From: Candidatus Latescibacterota bacterium
GTDB taxonomy: Bacteria > Latescibacterota > UBA2968 > UBA8231
NCBI GenBank assembly: GCA_965197905.1
Contig: CBDAOB010000004.1
Coordinates: forward strand, 1,856,001-1,920,000
Reading direction: 5' to 3'
DNA: 64,000 nt
Both the position numbers and the translations under genes were made by a program. The number at the start of each line of letters is the position of its first letter. The first letter of the stretch is position 1. Shown here piece after piece: positions 19,679 through 28,741 of the stretch. Under the pieces are notes generated by a model. That model was not told the origin of the DNA. It saw only the letters and a list, made by a program, of their open reading frames with translations, and searched no databases.

Positions 19679-20509
19679 TCAGTCGGTGGGGATGAGTTCG
19701 AGATTGCGCGTCAGGCGTCCCATGACGACCCTGGCGCCGTGGGCGAAGATCAGCAGCCACTCCTCTTCTACCGCGCGTTTTAACATCACTTCTTTGTTGC
19801 GCATGGTGTCCCGGGGGAAAAGGTCGAATCCCATGACGTAGTGGGTTTTCAGGTGTGAGGGCGTGGGAACCAGGTCTCCGAGGAAGCAGGCGATTTTGTC
19901 GCCCGAGCGGATTATCACCGACTTATGGTGCGCGGTATGCCCTGGCGTGGGGACGACCTCGACCCCATCGGCGATCTCCTCCGTTGCTGCGGTCAGCTTC
20001 AACTGCCCGGAGGTTTGGACCGATTCCCACGTCCACGGCAGGTAGCTCGAGCGGCTGCGCGGATCGGGTGCCTGCGCGTAAGCGAACTCGTTGCGGTCCG
20101 CGAAGTACTGCGCACCGGGAAAAGCCGGCACCAGATCTCCATTCTTGTCGTGAATACAGTTGCCACCGCAGTGATCGAAATGGAGGTGGGTCAGCACCAC
20201 CTTGGTTACGTCGGCGCGATCCAGACCGCGACCGGCCAATCCTCGATGCAGATCGGTCTCGTTCTTATCGACGGCGTAGAGGTAGGCGAATTTCTCATCG
20301 TAGTTGGAGCCCAGTCCGGTCTCGATGAGAATGGAATCGTCGGGGGTGCGCACCAGAAGGGTGTTCAGGCCGAGCAGAATGCGGTTGCGGTCGTCCGCGG
20401 GATCGGTTTTCTCCCAAAGCGGTTTTGGGATGCTGCCAAACATGGCACCGCCGTCGAGCCGAAAGGTGCCGTCGCTGATGACGGTCAGCTCGAATCTGTC
20501 CAGTTCCAT
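19679..20509 (-). CDS. MBL-fold metallo-hydrolase (YtnP-like)
   Basis: FRLDGGAMFG, THLHFDHCGG, TPGHT, MGFDLFP. Confidence 0.9.
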   Translation of the reverse strand: MELDRFELTVISDGTFRLDGGAMFGSIPKPLWEKTDPADDRNRILLGLNTLLVRTPDDSILIETGLGSNYDEKFAYLYAVDKNETDLHRGLAGRGLDRADVTKVVLTHLHFDHCGGNCIHDKNGDLVPAFPGAQYFADRNEFAYAQAPDPRSRSSYLPWTWESVQTSGQLKLTAATEEIADGVEVVPTPGHTAHHKSVIIRSGDKIACFLGDLVPTPSHLKTHYVMGFDLFPRDTMRNKEVMLKRAVEEEWLLIFAHGARVVMGRLTRNLELIPTD

Positions 20510-20525
20510 GGGCGGTCGTCTGGGG

Positions 20526-21641
20526 TCAGAACCAGCGAATTACCACATCGCCCACGACGAATCCGACGATGGCGATACCCATGCCCACGGCAAACATCTC
20601 CATGCCGCTGCGAATCATGCTGCGGCCGGTGAAAATGCTGCGTGCGGCACCGACGGCGAAATGCGACAGCATCGCCACGACAAAAGCGCACCAAATCGCC
20701 AGGTAGCCATCCAGGAATAGAAACGGGGCCACCGGGATCATGGCTCCCAAAGCAGTAGCGAATCCGGTCAACCATCCTTCCTTGACCGGCGTGACGTGCG
20801 CTCCGCTGATGTGCAGCTCGTCCCGAACCTGTTCTTCGAGGGCGCGCTCAGGATCGCGCATCAGGGCGCGGGCCATCTCGTTCGACCGGTCTCGATCGAT
20901 GCCTTTGAGCTCGTACATCAACGCCAGCTCTTTCTCTTCGAGCTCGGGCATCAGCTCGATTTCGGCCTTCTCCATTTCTATCTCGTTTAAGTACACCTCC
21001 TGTTCTGATTTCGCTGCCAGGTAACTCGACGATCCCATGGAAAGCGCGTCCGCGATCACCCCCGCCAAACCGGTTACCAACAGGATCGGGGTGGCGACGG
21101 AGGCACCGATAACACCTGCCACCAGGCCGAAGTTGGCCGTCAGCCCATCGTTAAATCCGTATACCACGTTGCCCAGATAACCGCCCGACTTGAACTTGTG
21201 CCACGGTTCGGAATCACTGACGCCAACCATCGAACCAAGGGTTTCCGCATGTTTTGCGGACTCGGTGGCCAAGGTGCGCGCCGCATCCTTGGCAGAGCCC
21301 GGGGCGCTGTCGCGGTGAAGCTCGAGATATGCCCGTACTTCGTGACCCTCCTCCCGCAACAGGACGGGTAGCAATAGACCTGGTCCCCAGCGGCCGGCGA
21401 TCCAAGCCAGTAACCGCGCGCGCAAGGAAGGCCGTGGTGTGTCCGTACGGTGTTCGTGCTCGGACAGCACGCGGCTCCACATTCCGGTGTGGCGATCTTC
21501 AACTTGGGCAAGCTTGGTGAACACATCCCGCCGTTTGGGGTCGGTTTCCACGTCTGCCAGGGCGCGGTACAGGAAGGCGGCGTCCGCTTCGTCCTGGAAG
21601 TGATCACGCCAGGCGGCAATGTCGTTGGGAAGGGAGGACAT
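20526..21641 (-). CDS. VIT1/CCC1 iron exporter with N-terminal rubrerythrin/ferritin-like domain
   Basis: DEADAAFLY, EDRH, ESAKH, then VYGFNDGL..NFGLVAGV and ALSMGSSSYL. Confidence 0.85.
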   Translation of the reverse strand: MSSLPNDIAAWRDHFQDEADAAFLYRALADVETDPKRRDVFTKLAQVEDRHTGMWSRVLSEHEHRTDTPRPSLRARLLAWIAGRWGPGLLLPVLLREEGHEVRAYLELHRDSAPGSAKDAARTLATESAKHAETLGSMVGVSDSEPWHKFKSGGYLGNVVYGFNDGLTANFGLVAGVIGASVATPILLVTGLAGVIADALSMGSSSYLAAKSEQEVYLNEIEMEKAEIELMPELEEKELALMYELKGIDRDRSNEMARALMRDPERALEEQVRDELHISGAHVTPVKEGWLTGFATALGAMIPVAPFLFLDGYLAIWCAFVVAMLSHFAVGAARSIFTGRSMIRSGMEMFAVGMGIAIVGFVVGDVVIRWF

Positions 21642-21679
21642 AGTGGGGAGAACCTATCCGGTCGGTTCGAGGGTGTCAA

Positions 21680-24028
21680 TCAAATCCGTTTCCAGAAATC
21701 GTCTACCCGCGACTTAATCTGATCGGCACTGTTTACCCTGTTGCCGTCGCGCCAATGAGAGGGGAAGAGGTGTTGATATCGCGCTTGATTAAAACGACGA
21801 TCTATCAACAAAACGATGCCGCGATCATCCCCCGAGCGAATGACGCGGCCCACCGCCTGCATCACCCGGTTCATGCCGGGGTAGGTGTAGGCGAACTCGA
21901 ATCCAGGGCGTTCTGCGTCGTCGTAGTACTGGCGCACCAGATCGCGCTCGAGGCAGATCCGCGGCAACCCAACACCGACGATGACGGCGCCCACGAGACG
22001 CTCGCCCACCAGGTCGATGCCCTCCCCGAAGATTCCTCCCATCACCGCGAACCCAACCAGAGTATGCTGGCTGGTCTCGTTGAACAGGTTCAAGAAGGCG
22101 GCGCGTTCCGCTTCTGACATGCGAGGTCGCTGCACCTCGATACGGGTGGCAGGGTGGGCCGCCACAAATCGCTCCACAACGGCATCCATGTACTTAAAGG
22201 AGGGGAAGTAGATCATGTAGTTGCCCACAGCCCGATCAGTCACGGCGGCGATCGCTTCCATAACCTCACCGTAGGTCGTCGCCCGCTTGCTGAACGTCGT
22301 TTCGATCCCGTCGGCTACCAGAACCCCTAGATTCTCCGCGGGGAAGGGGCTTTCCAGGTCGAGCACCCGATCCTCGAGGTCGCCTCCCAGTACCTGGCGA
22401 AAGTATTCAAGTGGAGTGAGGGTCGCCGAAAAGAAGACGGCAACCATGCCGCGTTTCAGAGCTTCCGCTATTCGCGTGGACGGGTCGCGGCAGAACAGTC
22501 TCAGAGACACGTCACGGCCCCGCTTTTCGGCATAGGTCACGTAGTGTTCGTCGTAGAGTTCGGCCACCCCCGTGAAGGTGCGGGTCTCGAAATACCGTTC
22601 GAAGAGCAGATCCCGGTAGGAGGCGGGTACTCGGGAGAGACCGGGCTCCACCGTATCGAGAAAACTCTGCAGCATCGGCAACAGCTCCAATGGCGCTTCG
22701 CTGTCCACCAGGAAACCCTTCTCCTCGGCAAGTGCCCTCTTCTCGAGCTCCACAAGGCATTCGTCGATGTCGGCGAGTTTGGCGGCCAAGTGCGTGTCTC
22801 GATCGTCGAGGGCCCGCTGGAGGGTGCGGAAGTCCTTCCTGCTGAGCTGCGCGGAATAGATATCTCGCGCGCGATCGAGCAGATTGTGGGCTTCGTCGAT
22901 GAGAAACAGGTAGTTCCCAGACCCTTCGAGAAAGAAACGCTTCAAATAAGCCCGAGGGTCGAAGAGGTGGTTGTAGTCACAGATTATCACGTCGGCCCAT
23001 AGAGATAGATCGAGCGAAAGCTCGAAGGGACAAACGGTATGTCGGCGAGCGGTGTCCTCGATCGCGGCAGGAGTGAAGGCGTCGAGCTGGAACAGTTCTT
23101 CGATCGCGCCACCAACGCGGTCGAAGTAGCCGATGGCAAACTCACAGCGCTCCGGATCGCAGCTTTTCTGCCCTGGCTCGACGAAACAGATCTTGTCGCG
23201 GGCGGTGAGCGTGATGCTTTTCACGGAAAGCCCGGCCCCGCGCATGTCGTCGAGCGCTTTCTCAGCCACGGCGCGTCCAGAGGTCTTGGCGGTGAGGTAA
23301 AACACCTTCTCCACCTTCCCCTGCCCCACTCCTTTAATGGCCGGAAAAAGCACCGAAATCGTCTTGCCGATACCGGTCGGCGCCTGGGCGAAAAGGTTCT
23401 CCCGGGCATCGATCGACTGATAGGTGGCCAGCATCAGCTCCCGCTGCCCCTTGCGAAGAGACTGGAAGGGAAAGGGGAGTTGGGCGATGGACCGGTCCCG
23501 CTGTGCGCACCACTTGCGGTAGGTGCTGACCCACTGCAGGTATTTCCGCAACAGGTCGTGGAAGATGTCGGCAAGCTCATCTCGCCCGTAGCTGCGCAGG
23601 TGCTCCACCGTCTGCCAGGTGTCCAGGTTTACGTAGGTGAGCTGAATCCCCACCTCTTCTACGTCCTTTTGGACTGCAACGATGTAGCCGTAAACCTGGG
23701 CTTGGGCCCAGTGTTGGGGAGCTTGGGCGTGTTCCCCGTCAACGTTGCCTCGCGTGGTTTTGATCTCTTCGATGCGGTAACTGTCGCCGGCAGCGATGAG
23801 GCCGTCGATGCGACCGCTGACCTCCACCGCGAATTCGCCGTAGTGCTCCACGTGGATTACCGGCACTTCGGTCAGGTACCCGTCGGGGCGCATCTGCTGC
23901 ACCTTCTGGTGTGCTCGCGTGCCTTCGGCGCCGCGACCGGGGTTGATGAAACCACTGGCCAGGTTGCCCGACTGGAGAGCAAATCCGACAAGGCTGCGTA
24001 CGGAGATCTCGATAGGTATTCGCTGCAT
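21680..24028 (-). CDS. DinG/XPD (Rad3)-family Fe-S DNA helicase with N-terminal PD-(D/E)XK nuclease-like domain
   Basis: SGRIDG..EEIKT, then QAPTGIGKT, four Fe-S Cys (KIC, SCDPERC, VCPF), DEAH, SATL, QAVGRVIR. Confidence 0.9.
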   Translation of the reverse strand: MQRIPIEISVRSLVGFALQSGNLASGFINPGRGAEGTRAHQKVQQMRPDGYLTEVPVIHVEHYGEFAVEVSGRIDGLIAAGDSYRIEEIKTTRGNVDGEHAQAPQHWAQAQVYGYIVAVQKDVEEVGIQLTYVNLDTWQTVEHLRSYGRDELADIFHDLLRKYLQWVSTYRKWCAQRDRSIAQLPFPFQSLRKGQRELMLATYQSIDARENLFAQAPTGIGKTISVLFPAIKGVGQGKVEKVFYLTAKTSGRAVAEKALDDMRGAGLSVKSITLTARDKICFVEPGQKSCDPERCEFAIGYFDRVGGAIEELFQLDAFTPAAIEDTARRHTVCPFELSLDLSLWADVIICDYNHLFDPRAYLKRFFLEGSGNYLFLIDEAHNLLDRARDIYSAQLSRKDFRTLQRALDDRDTHLAAKLADIDECLVELEKRALAEEKGFLVDSEAPLELLPMLQSFLDTVEPGLSRVPASYRDLLFERYFETRTFTGVAELYDEHYVTYAEKRGRDVSLRLFCRDPSTRIAEALKRGMVAVFFSATLTPLEYFRQVLGGDLEDRVLDLESPFPAENLGVLVADGIETTFSKRATTYGEVMEAIAAVTDRAVGNYMIYFPSFKYMDAVVERFVAAHPATRIEVQRPRMSEAERAAFLNLFNETSQHTLVGFAVMGGIFGEGIDLVGERLVGAVIVGVGLPRICLERDLVRQYYDDAERPGFEFAYTYPGMNRVMQAVGRVIRSGDDRGIVLLIDRRFNQARYQHLFPSHWRDGNRVNSADQIKSRVDDFWKRI

Positions 24029-24098
24029 GAGAGTAGACCGGTAAAATAGGCCGCTTTACCTTACTCTGCATAGATCCAACTCGGTCAAGGAGGAAAGG

Positions 24099-24986
24099 AT
24101 GTCAAAAGCGGCAGTGCCGGCGTGTCTGGGTGTCATTGGAGGTTCGGGGGTGTACGCCATGCACGGGGTGGAGGTGGTCGGCGAACACGAGGTTTCCACC
24201 CCATTCGGGGCGCCGTCCGACCTGGTCGTAGAGACGCGGATCGGCGGCAGAGCGGTGATGTTTCTACCGCGACACGGTCGTGGTCACACCCTCTTGCCGT
24301 CGGAGGTGAACTCTCGGGCCAACGTCTTCGCCTTGAAAAAGTTGGGGGCAACCCACCTTCTCGCGGTCAGTGCCGTGGGCATCATGCAAGAGCAGATACA
24401 CCCGGGCGACATGGTGGTTCCAGAGCAGATCTTCGATCGCACTCGGGGTGCCCGTGCCGGTACCTTCTTCGGCGACGGCATCGTCGGCCACGTGAGCTTC
24501 GCGGATCCATTCTGCGACGAGCTGCGCAAGATCGCAATCCAGGCAGCGGCCGCCGCTGGTGCCAACGTGCACGCCGGCGGGGTCTACGTCTGCATGGAGG
24601 GGCCTCAGTTTTCTACTCGTAGCGAATCGAACTATTACCGCGAAGCGCTCGACGCAACCGTCATCGGCATGACCGCCCTCCCCGAAGCCAAATTGGCGCG
24701 GGAAGCGGAACTCTGCTACGCCCTGCTGGCCATGGGTACCGACTACGATTGCTGGCATGAAGAAGAAGAGGATGTCTCCATCGAGGCGGTGATCAGCGTA
24801 CTCAAGGCCAACGCGGAGATGGCGAACGGGATTGTGCAGATAGCCGCAGGCATGCTGCCGGAGAAATCCGACTGTGCCTGTATGCACGCCGCCGAATACG
24901 CGATCATTACCGCTCCCGAGCACATATCGGGGGCGATCAAGAAAAGACTGTCCGTGCTCTACGGGCGGTATTTCGACGGCAGCTAG
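24099..24986 (+). CDS. mtnP: S-methyl-5'-thioadenosine phosphorylase
   Basis: GVIGGSG, TPFGAPSD, PRHGRGH, MEGPQFST, IGMT, TDYDCWH. AGGAGG RBS. Confidence 0.92.
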   Translation: MSKAAVPACLGVIGGSGVYAMHGVEVVGEHEVSTPFGAPSDLVVETRIGGRAVMFLPRHGRGHTLLPSEVNSRANVFALKKLGATHLLAVSAVGIMQEQIHPGDMVVPEQIFDRTRGARAGTFFGDGIVGHVSFADPFCDELRKIAIQAAAAAGANVHAGGVYVCMEGPQFSTRSESNYYREALDATVIGMTALPEAKLAREAELCYALLAMGTDYDCWHEEEEDVSIEAVISVLKANAEMANGIVQIAAGMLPEKSDCACMHAAEYAIITAPEHISGAIKKRLSVLYGRYFDGS

Positions 24987-25012
24987 GCCGCCAATACTGG
25001 CTGCACGCGACC

Positions 25013-27217
25013 ATGGACATTCGGTCTTTCGCAGAGCGCGTCCTTTTCGGAACCACTTGGGAAGACAAGCTAGTCAGGCTGAACGGTTTCGAGGACCCAC
25101 ATCCGGGACCGGCGCTCGCAACCCCTTCCTACCCGGGGCGACCGGACGGCTTGCGCCTTGATTCGTGGCATGACCGCGAGCAGCTGCGGTTCACCGACGT
25201 GAGACGTTTGAACACCGAACGAGACCGGGGTCTCGTGCTCCACTTCTTCGCCAATCACGAGCTCCTGGCGCTGGAGCTGATGGCGCTGGCATTGCTGAAA
25301 TTCCCCGACGCGCCGGCCAAGTTCCGCCGCGGGTTGGTGCAGACTCTTGTGGATGAGCAGGAGCACGTGCGTCTCTACCGCGGGCGCATGGAGCAGGTAG
25401 GGGTCGAATTCGGCGAGATTCCAGTGAGCGATTTCTTCTGGACGGCGATCGCGCCAATGGAACGCCCGATGGACTTCGTCGCCCGATTGAGTCTCACCCT
25501 CGAGCAGGCCAATCTTGACTATTCGGTCCACTACGCCCGCGCCTACCGCCGCCTGGGGGACGATGCGACGGCAGCTATCCTGCAACGGATCTACCAAGAC
25601 GAGATTGGTCACGTAAAACACGGTCTGTCCTGGTTCAACCGCTGGCGCGATCCCGAGCTCTCCGAATGGGAGGCGTACAAACGTGTCTTGAGCATGCCCT
25701 TGTCGCCGGCGCGCGCCAAGGGCATCGGTTTCAACCGCGAGGGTCGCAGCAAAGCGGGTCTTTCCGCCGTGTATATTGATGAGCTGGAGCTGTTCAATCA
25801 GTCGCGGGGACGCTGTCCCACCGTGTTCTGGTTCGACCCGAACTGCGAGGCCCGCGCGGCTTACGAGGGCACCGCATTCACACCTGCCAAACAGCTAAAA
25901 CAGCTGATGACGGATTTCGCCGAACTCCCGATGCTGCTGTGTGCGGCGGATGATGTGGTACTTGTGGTGCAACGACCGTCGACCGCTTTCTTGCGTGACA
26001 TGCATCGGGCGGGTTTCGCGATTCCGGAATTCGTGGAATACGGCGCTGACGGCCTGCAATCCTTGGGGCTTGCGGCGCGCAAGATACGCCGACTGACCCC
26101 CTGGGGGTGGAGTCGCGAGAGTGCGCGGTTTCTGGCGCCCCTGATGCCGAACCTGACCGCCGACAAAATCAAGAGGCCGCAGGATTTCTGGAACAGGGAG
26201 ATCAGGGAGCTCTATTCCAAATCGTTCAGCGCTGCTTTGCTGCGACGGGTGCTGCCCCAGCTGCGAGATGGGCGAGATTGGCTGTGTCGTGGGTGGGAGG
26301 TTGGCAAGACCTTCTCCGACAGGGACCAGCTCACGAGTCAGATCGAAGCGTGGGCGAAACAGGGGTGTCACGAGGTCGTGGTAAAAGCAGCCTTTGGCGC
26401 GGCCGGCCGCGAGCAGGTCTTCGTCTCCGCCGGACGGTTGCGCGACGAGCAGATCGGCTGGGTGACGAATACGCTGGCGCAGCAGGGCACCGTGGTGGCG
26501 GAACCGCGCCTGTCCAAGCGCTTCGACCTCTCTGTCCATCTGGATGTTGGGGAAGACGGTATGGTGATCCTGATCGGGTGGACCCGATTTATTACCGACG
26601 GTCGCGGTCAGTTTATCGGCGCCTTTGCGACCCGGATCTGGTCCGGTTTGTCGGATGAGGAGAAACGTTTCGTTTACGGTGACGGCCGCATGCCGCAGCG
26701 GTTACCCGATCTGTTCGGCGCGCTGGCAGACCTCGTGGGGGACGCGCTTTTCGCGCAGGGATACGCGGGGCCGGTGGGCATCGATGCGCTGGTGTACGAA
26801 GACGGGCCGACTCTGCGTCTCAAGCCGATCGTGGAGATCAACCCGCGACTGACCATGGGTCGAGTAGCACTCAACCTCGGTCGCCGCGTAAACGCGGCAC
26901 GCACCTCCGTCTGGGTGACCATTACGCGCCGTGAGATCGAAGCTGCCGGGTTTGCCGGCATGGGCGACTACCATGCGTTTGTTCTTGAACGACACCCAGT
27001 GGAAATGCAGGACGGACTTATCTCTCGCGGTCTGCTGCTGACCACAGACCCGTCCAAAGGGGAGATGTTTTGCAGCGGGTTGGTGGTGGGAGAGTCGATG
27101 GAACAATGCAGCGAATATTTGGGTCCTCTGTCCAAAAAGCTCCAACCCGCGTTCGTTCGACCAGCTGCGCAGCGGCCCGCTGGTGAAGTTCGGCGAAGTC
27201 CATTCCGATGTTCTTAA
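25013..27217 (+). CDS. DUF455 ferritin-like di-iron domain fused to an ATP-grasp-like domain
   Basis: HFFANHELLALE, DEQEH, LEQANLD and DEIGH carboxylate/His motifs. C-terminal PWGWS, VVKAAFGAAGR, EP, GPVGIDALVY, VEINPRLTMG. Confidence 0.75.
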   Translation: MDIRSFAERVLFGTTWEDKLVRLNGFEDPHPGPALATPSYPGRPDGLRLDSWHDREQLRFTDVRRLNTERDRGLVLHFFANHELLALELMALALLKFPDAPAKFRRGLVQTLVDEQEHVRLYRGRMEQVGVEFGEIPVSDFFWTAIAPMERPMDFVARLSLTLEQANLDYSVHYARAYRRLGDDATAAILQRIYQDEIGHVKHGLSWFNRWRDPELSEWEAYKRVLSMPLSPARAKGIGFNREGRSKAGLSAVYIDELELFNQSRGRCPTVFWFDPNCEARAAYEGTAFTPAKQLKQLMTDFAELPMLLCAADDVVLVVQRPSTAFLRDMHRAGFAIPEFVEYGADGLQSLGLAARKIRRLTPWGWSRESARFLAPLMPNLTADKIKRPQDFWNREIRELYSKSFSAALLRRVLPQLRDGRDWLCRGWEVGKTFSDRDQLTSQIEAWAKQGCHEVVVKAAFGAAGREQVFVSAGRLRDEQIGWVTNTLAQQGTVVAEPRLSKRFDLSVHLDVGEDGMVILIGWTRFITDGRGQFIGAFATRIWSGLSDEEKRFVYGDGRMPQRLPDLFGALADLVGDALFAQGYAGPVGIDALVYEDGPTLRLKPIVEINPRLTMGRVALNLGRRVNAARTSVWVTITRREIEAAGFAGMGDYHAFVLERHPVEMQDGLISRGLLLTTDPSKGEMFCSGLVVGESMEQCSEYLGPLSKKLQPAFVRPAAQRPAGEVRRSPFRCS

Positions 27218-27394
27218 GGAACCTATCCCTTTGTGTTCCAGATAGTTCACATAAAACGATGCCCCGCAAATCGCACTCAGCAAGGTAGTTCAAACTGCAA
27301 CTGAAAGCGGTGCTTCGGCACGGCAGTCTCCCTGTTTGTAGCTGTTTTGAAACGTGCATATCTTGAAACAACGAACGTGAAACTACCCTAAACT

Positions 27395-28741
27395 ATGCAA
27401 GGTCGAGCCTCTAATCCGCCGCCGTTGGTCCTGGCTATCCTCTTTGTTTTTGCCGTTGGCTCGCCGGCGGCCGCGGTCAACGGGGATCTCGATCGGGACG
27501 GAGACGTCGACTTCGACGACTTTTTCATCTTCGCTGACAACTTCGGTCTCACCGGTAGTCCGGATGATGCCGACACCGTCGTCGTCACCGTCCGCGACAC
27601 CATTACCGTCGCCCTGCGCGACACGATTACGGTCCGTGACACGGTTTTCGTCACGAGCGATACCACGACCACGGGTGGCACCCCCCTCTTCTTCGGCGAT
27701 CCCAACCTGGAGTCGGCGGTGCGCGATGCGCTTTCCAAGACCACCGGAAACCTGCTCAGCACCGAAGGCGAATCGCTTACGTTTTTGAATGCTTCGAACC
27801 GGAACATCGTGGTGCTCACCGGCATCGAAAACCTGAGCAATCTGGTGAGCTTGACCTTGAGCGACAACCAGATCATCGACATCAGTCCCCTCGAGCCGTT
27901 AACGGCGTTGCGCAGTCTCACCCTGGCCAACAACCAGATCCGCGATATCTCGCCACTGGTGTCCAACAGCGGCATCAGTACCGGCGCGACCGTAGTGCTC
28001 ACCGGCAACCCGCTGATCAACCTCGCTACCTCACAACAGATTCCGGCGCTGACTGCTCGCGGTGCCACGGTGAGCTCCGATCCGACCGTGGTAACCTTCA
28101 CCGATTCGAGTCTGGAAGCAGCGGTGCGCTCCGCCCTGGTACAACCCACCGGCGATCTGCTTTCCATCGATCTAGGCTTTGTTTCCACCCTCGACGCCAG
28201 CAACAAGGGAATCACCAGTCTGTCGGGGATCGAGAACATGACATCGTTGACCGAGCTCCTGCTGGACGACAATTCGATCTCGGACCTTGCGCCATTGGGC
28301 AACCTAACCGGCTTGACGAAGCTGCACCTGGCGCGCAATCAGATCGTGAACATCGATTCCCTCGCCCGCCTGACAAACCTGTTGGATCTTGACCTGCAGG
28401 GAAACCAGGTGAGCGCCTTACAGCCTTTGGCTTCTCTCACCTCCTTGAATCAGCTGGTCATGAGTCAGAATCAGGTAGCCGATCTGGCCCCCTTGAGTTC
28501 ACTGTCGTCGTTGACGATTCTCACCCTGGATATCAACCAGATCGTCGACCTTGCACCGCTGGCCAGCTTGACTCAGCTCCTGCAGCTCAACCTGATCGAC
28601 AACCAGGTCAGAGAGGTGGAGTCCCTCGTATCTCTGTCCGCACTGGCGGATCTATGGCTCAACGGCAACCCTTTGAGCAACACCGCCATCACCCTCCACA
28701 TCCCGCAAATCGAGGCCAACGGAACGTTTGTCCGCCGCTGA
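27395..28741 (+). CDS. Secreted internalin-like leucine-rich-repeat protein with N-terminal dockerin/EF-hand-like motif
   Basis: Signal peptide, GDLDRDGDVDFDDFFIFADNFG, and two capped LRR arrays (L..L.L..NQI.DI.PL). Confidence 0.85.
   Translation: MQGRASNPPPLVLAILFVFAVGSPAAAVNGDLDRDGDVDFDDFFIFADNFGLTGSPDDADTVVVTVRDTITVALRDTITVRDTVFVTSDTTTTGGTPLFFGDPNLESAVRDALSKTTGNLLSTEGESLTFLNASNRNIVVLTGIENLSNLVSLTLSDNQIIDISPLEPLTALRSLTLANNQIRDISPLVSNSGISTGATVVLTGNPLINLATSQQIPALTARGATVSSDPTVVTFTDSSLEAAVRSALVQPTGDLLSIDLGFVSTLDASNKGITSLSGIENMTSLTELLLDDNSISDLAPLGNLTGLTKLHLARNQIVNIDSLARLTNLLDLDLQGNQVSALQPLASLTSLNQLVMSQNQVADLAPLSSLSSLTILTLDINQIVDLAPLASLTQLLQLNLIDNQVREVESLVSLSALADLWLNGNPLSNTAITLHIPQIEANGTFVRR
27571..27672 (+). 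repeat. Imperfect tandem repeat encoding (R)DT(I/V)xV units
   Basis: GACACCGTC, CGCGACACCATTACCGTC, CGCGACACGATTACGGTC, CGTGACACGGTT; peptide DTVVVTVRDTITVALRDTITVRDTVFVTSDTTT. Confidence 0.7.

Noticed and set aside
21680..24028. Type IV CRISPR (CasDinG/Cas4) or defence locus
   Set aside because: No repeat-spacer array or other cas genes in the window, and the neighbours are housekeeping genes.
23039..24049. Long antisense or alternate-frame ORFs (also 27388..28338, 55608..56546, 57555..58496, 61482..62414, 62764..63807)
   Set aside because: These are shadows of well-supported genes in GC-rich DNA and show no motifs.
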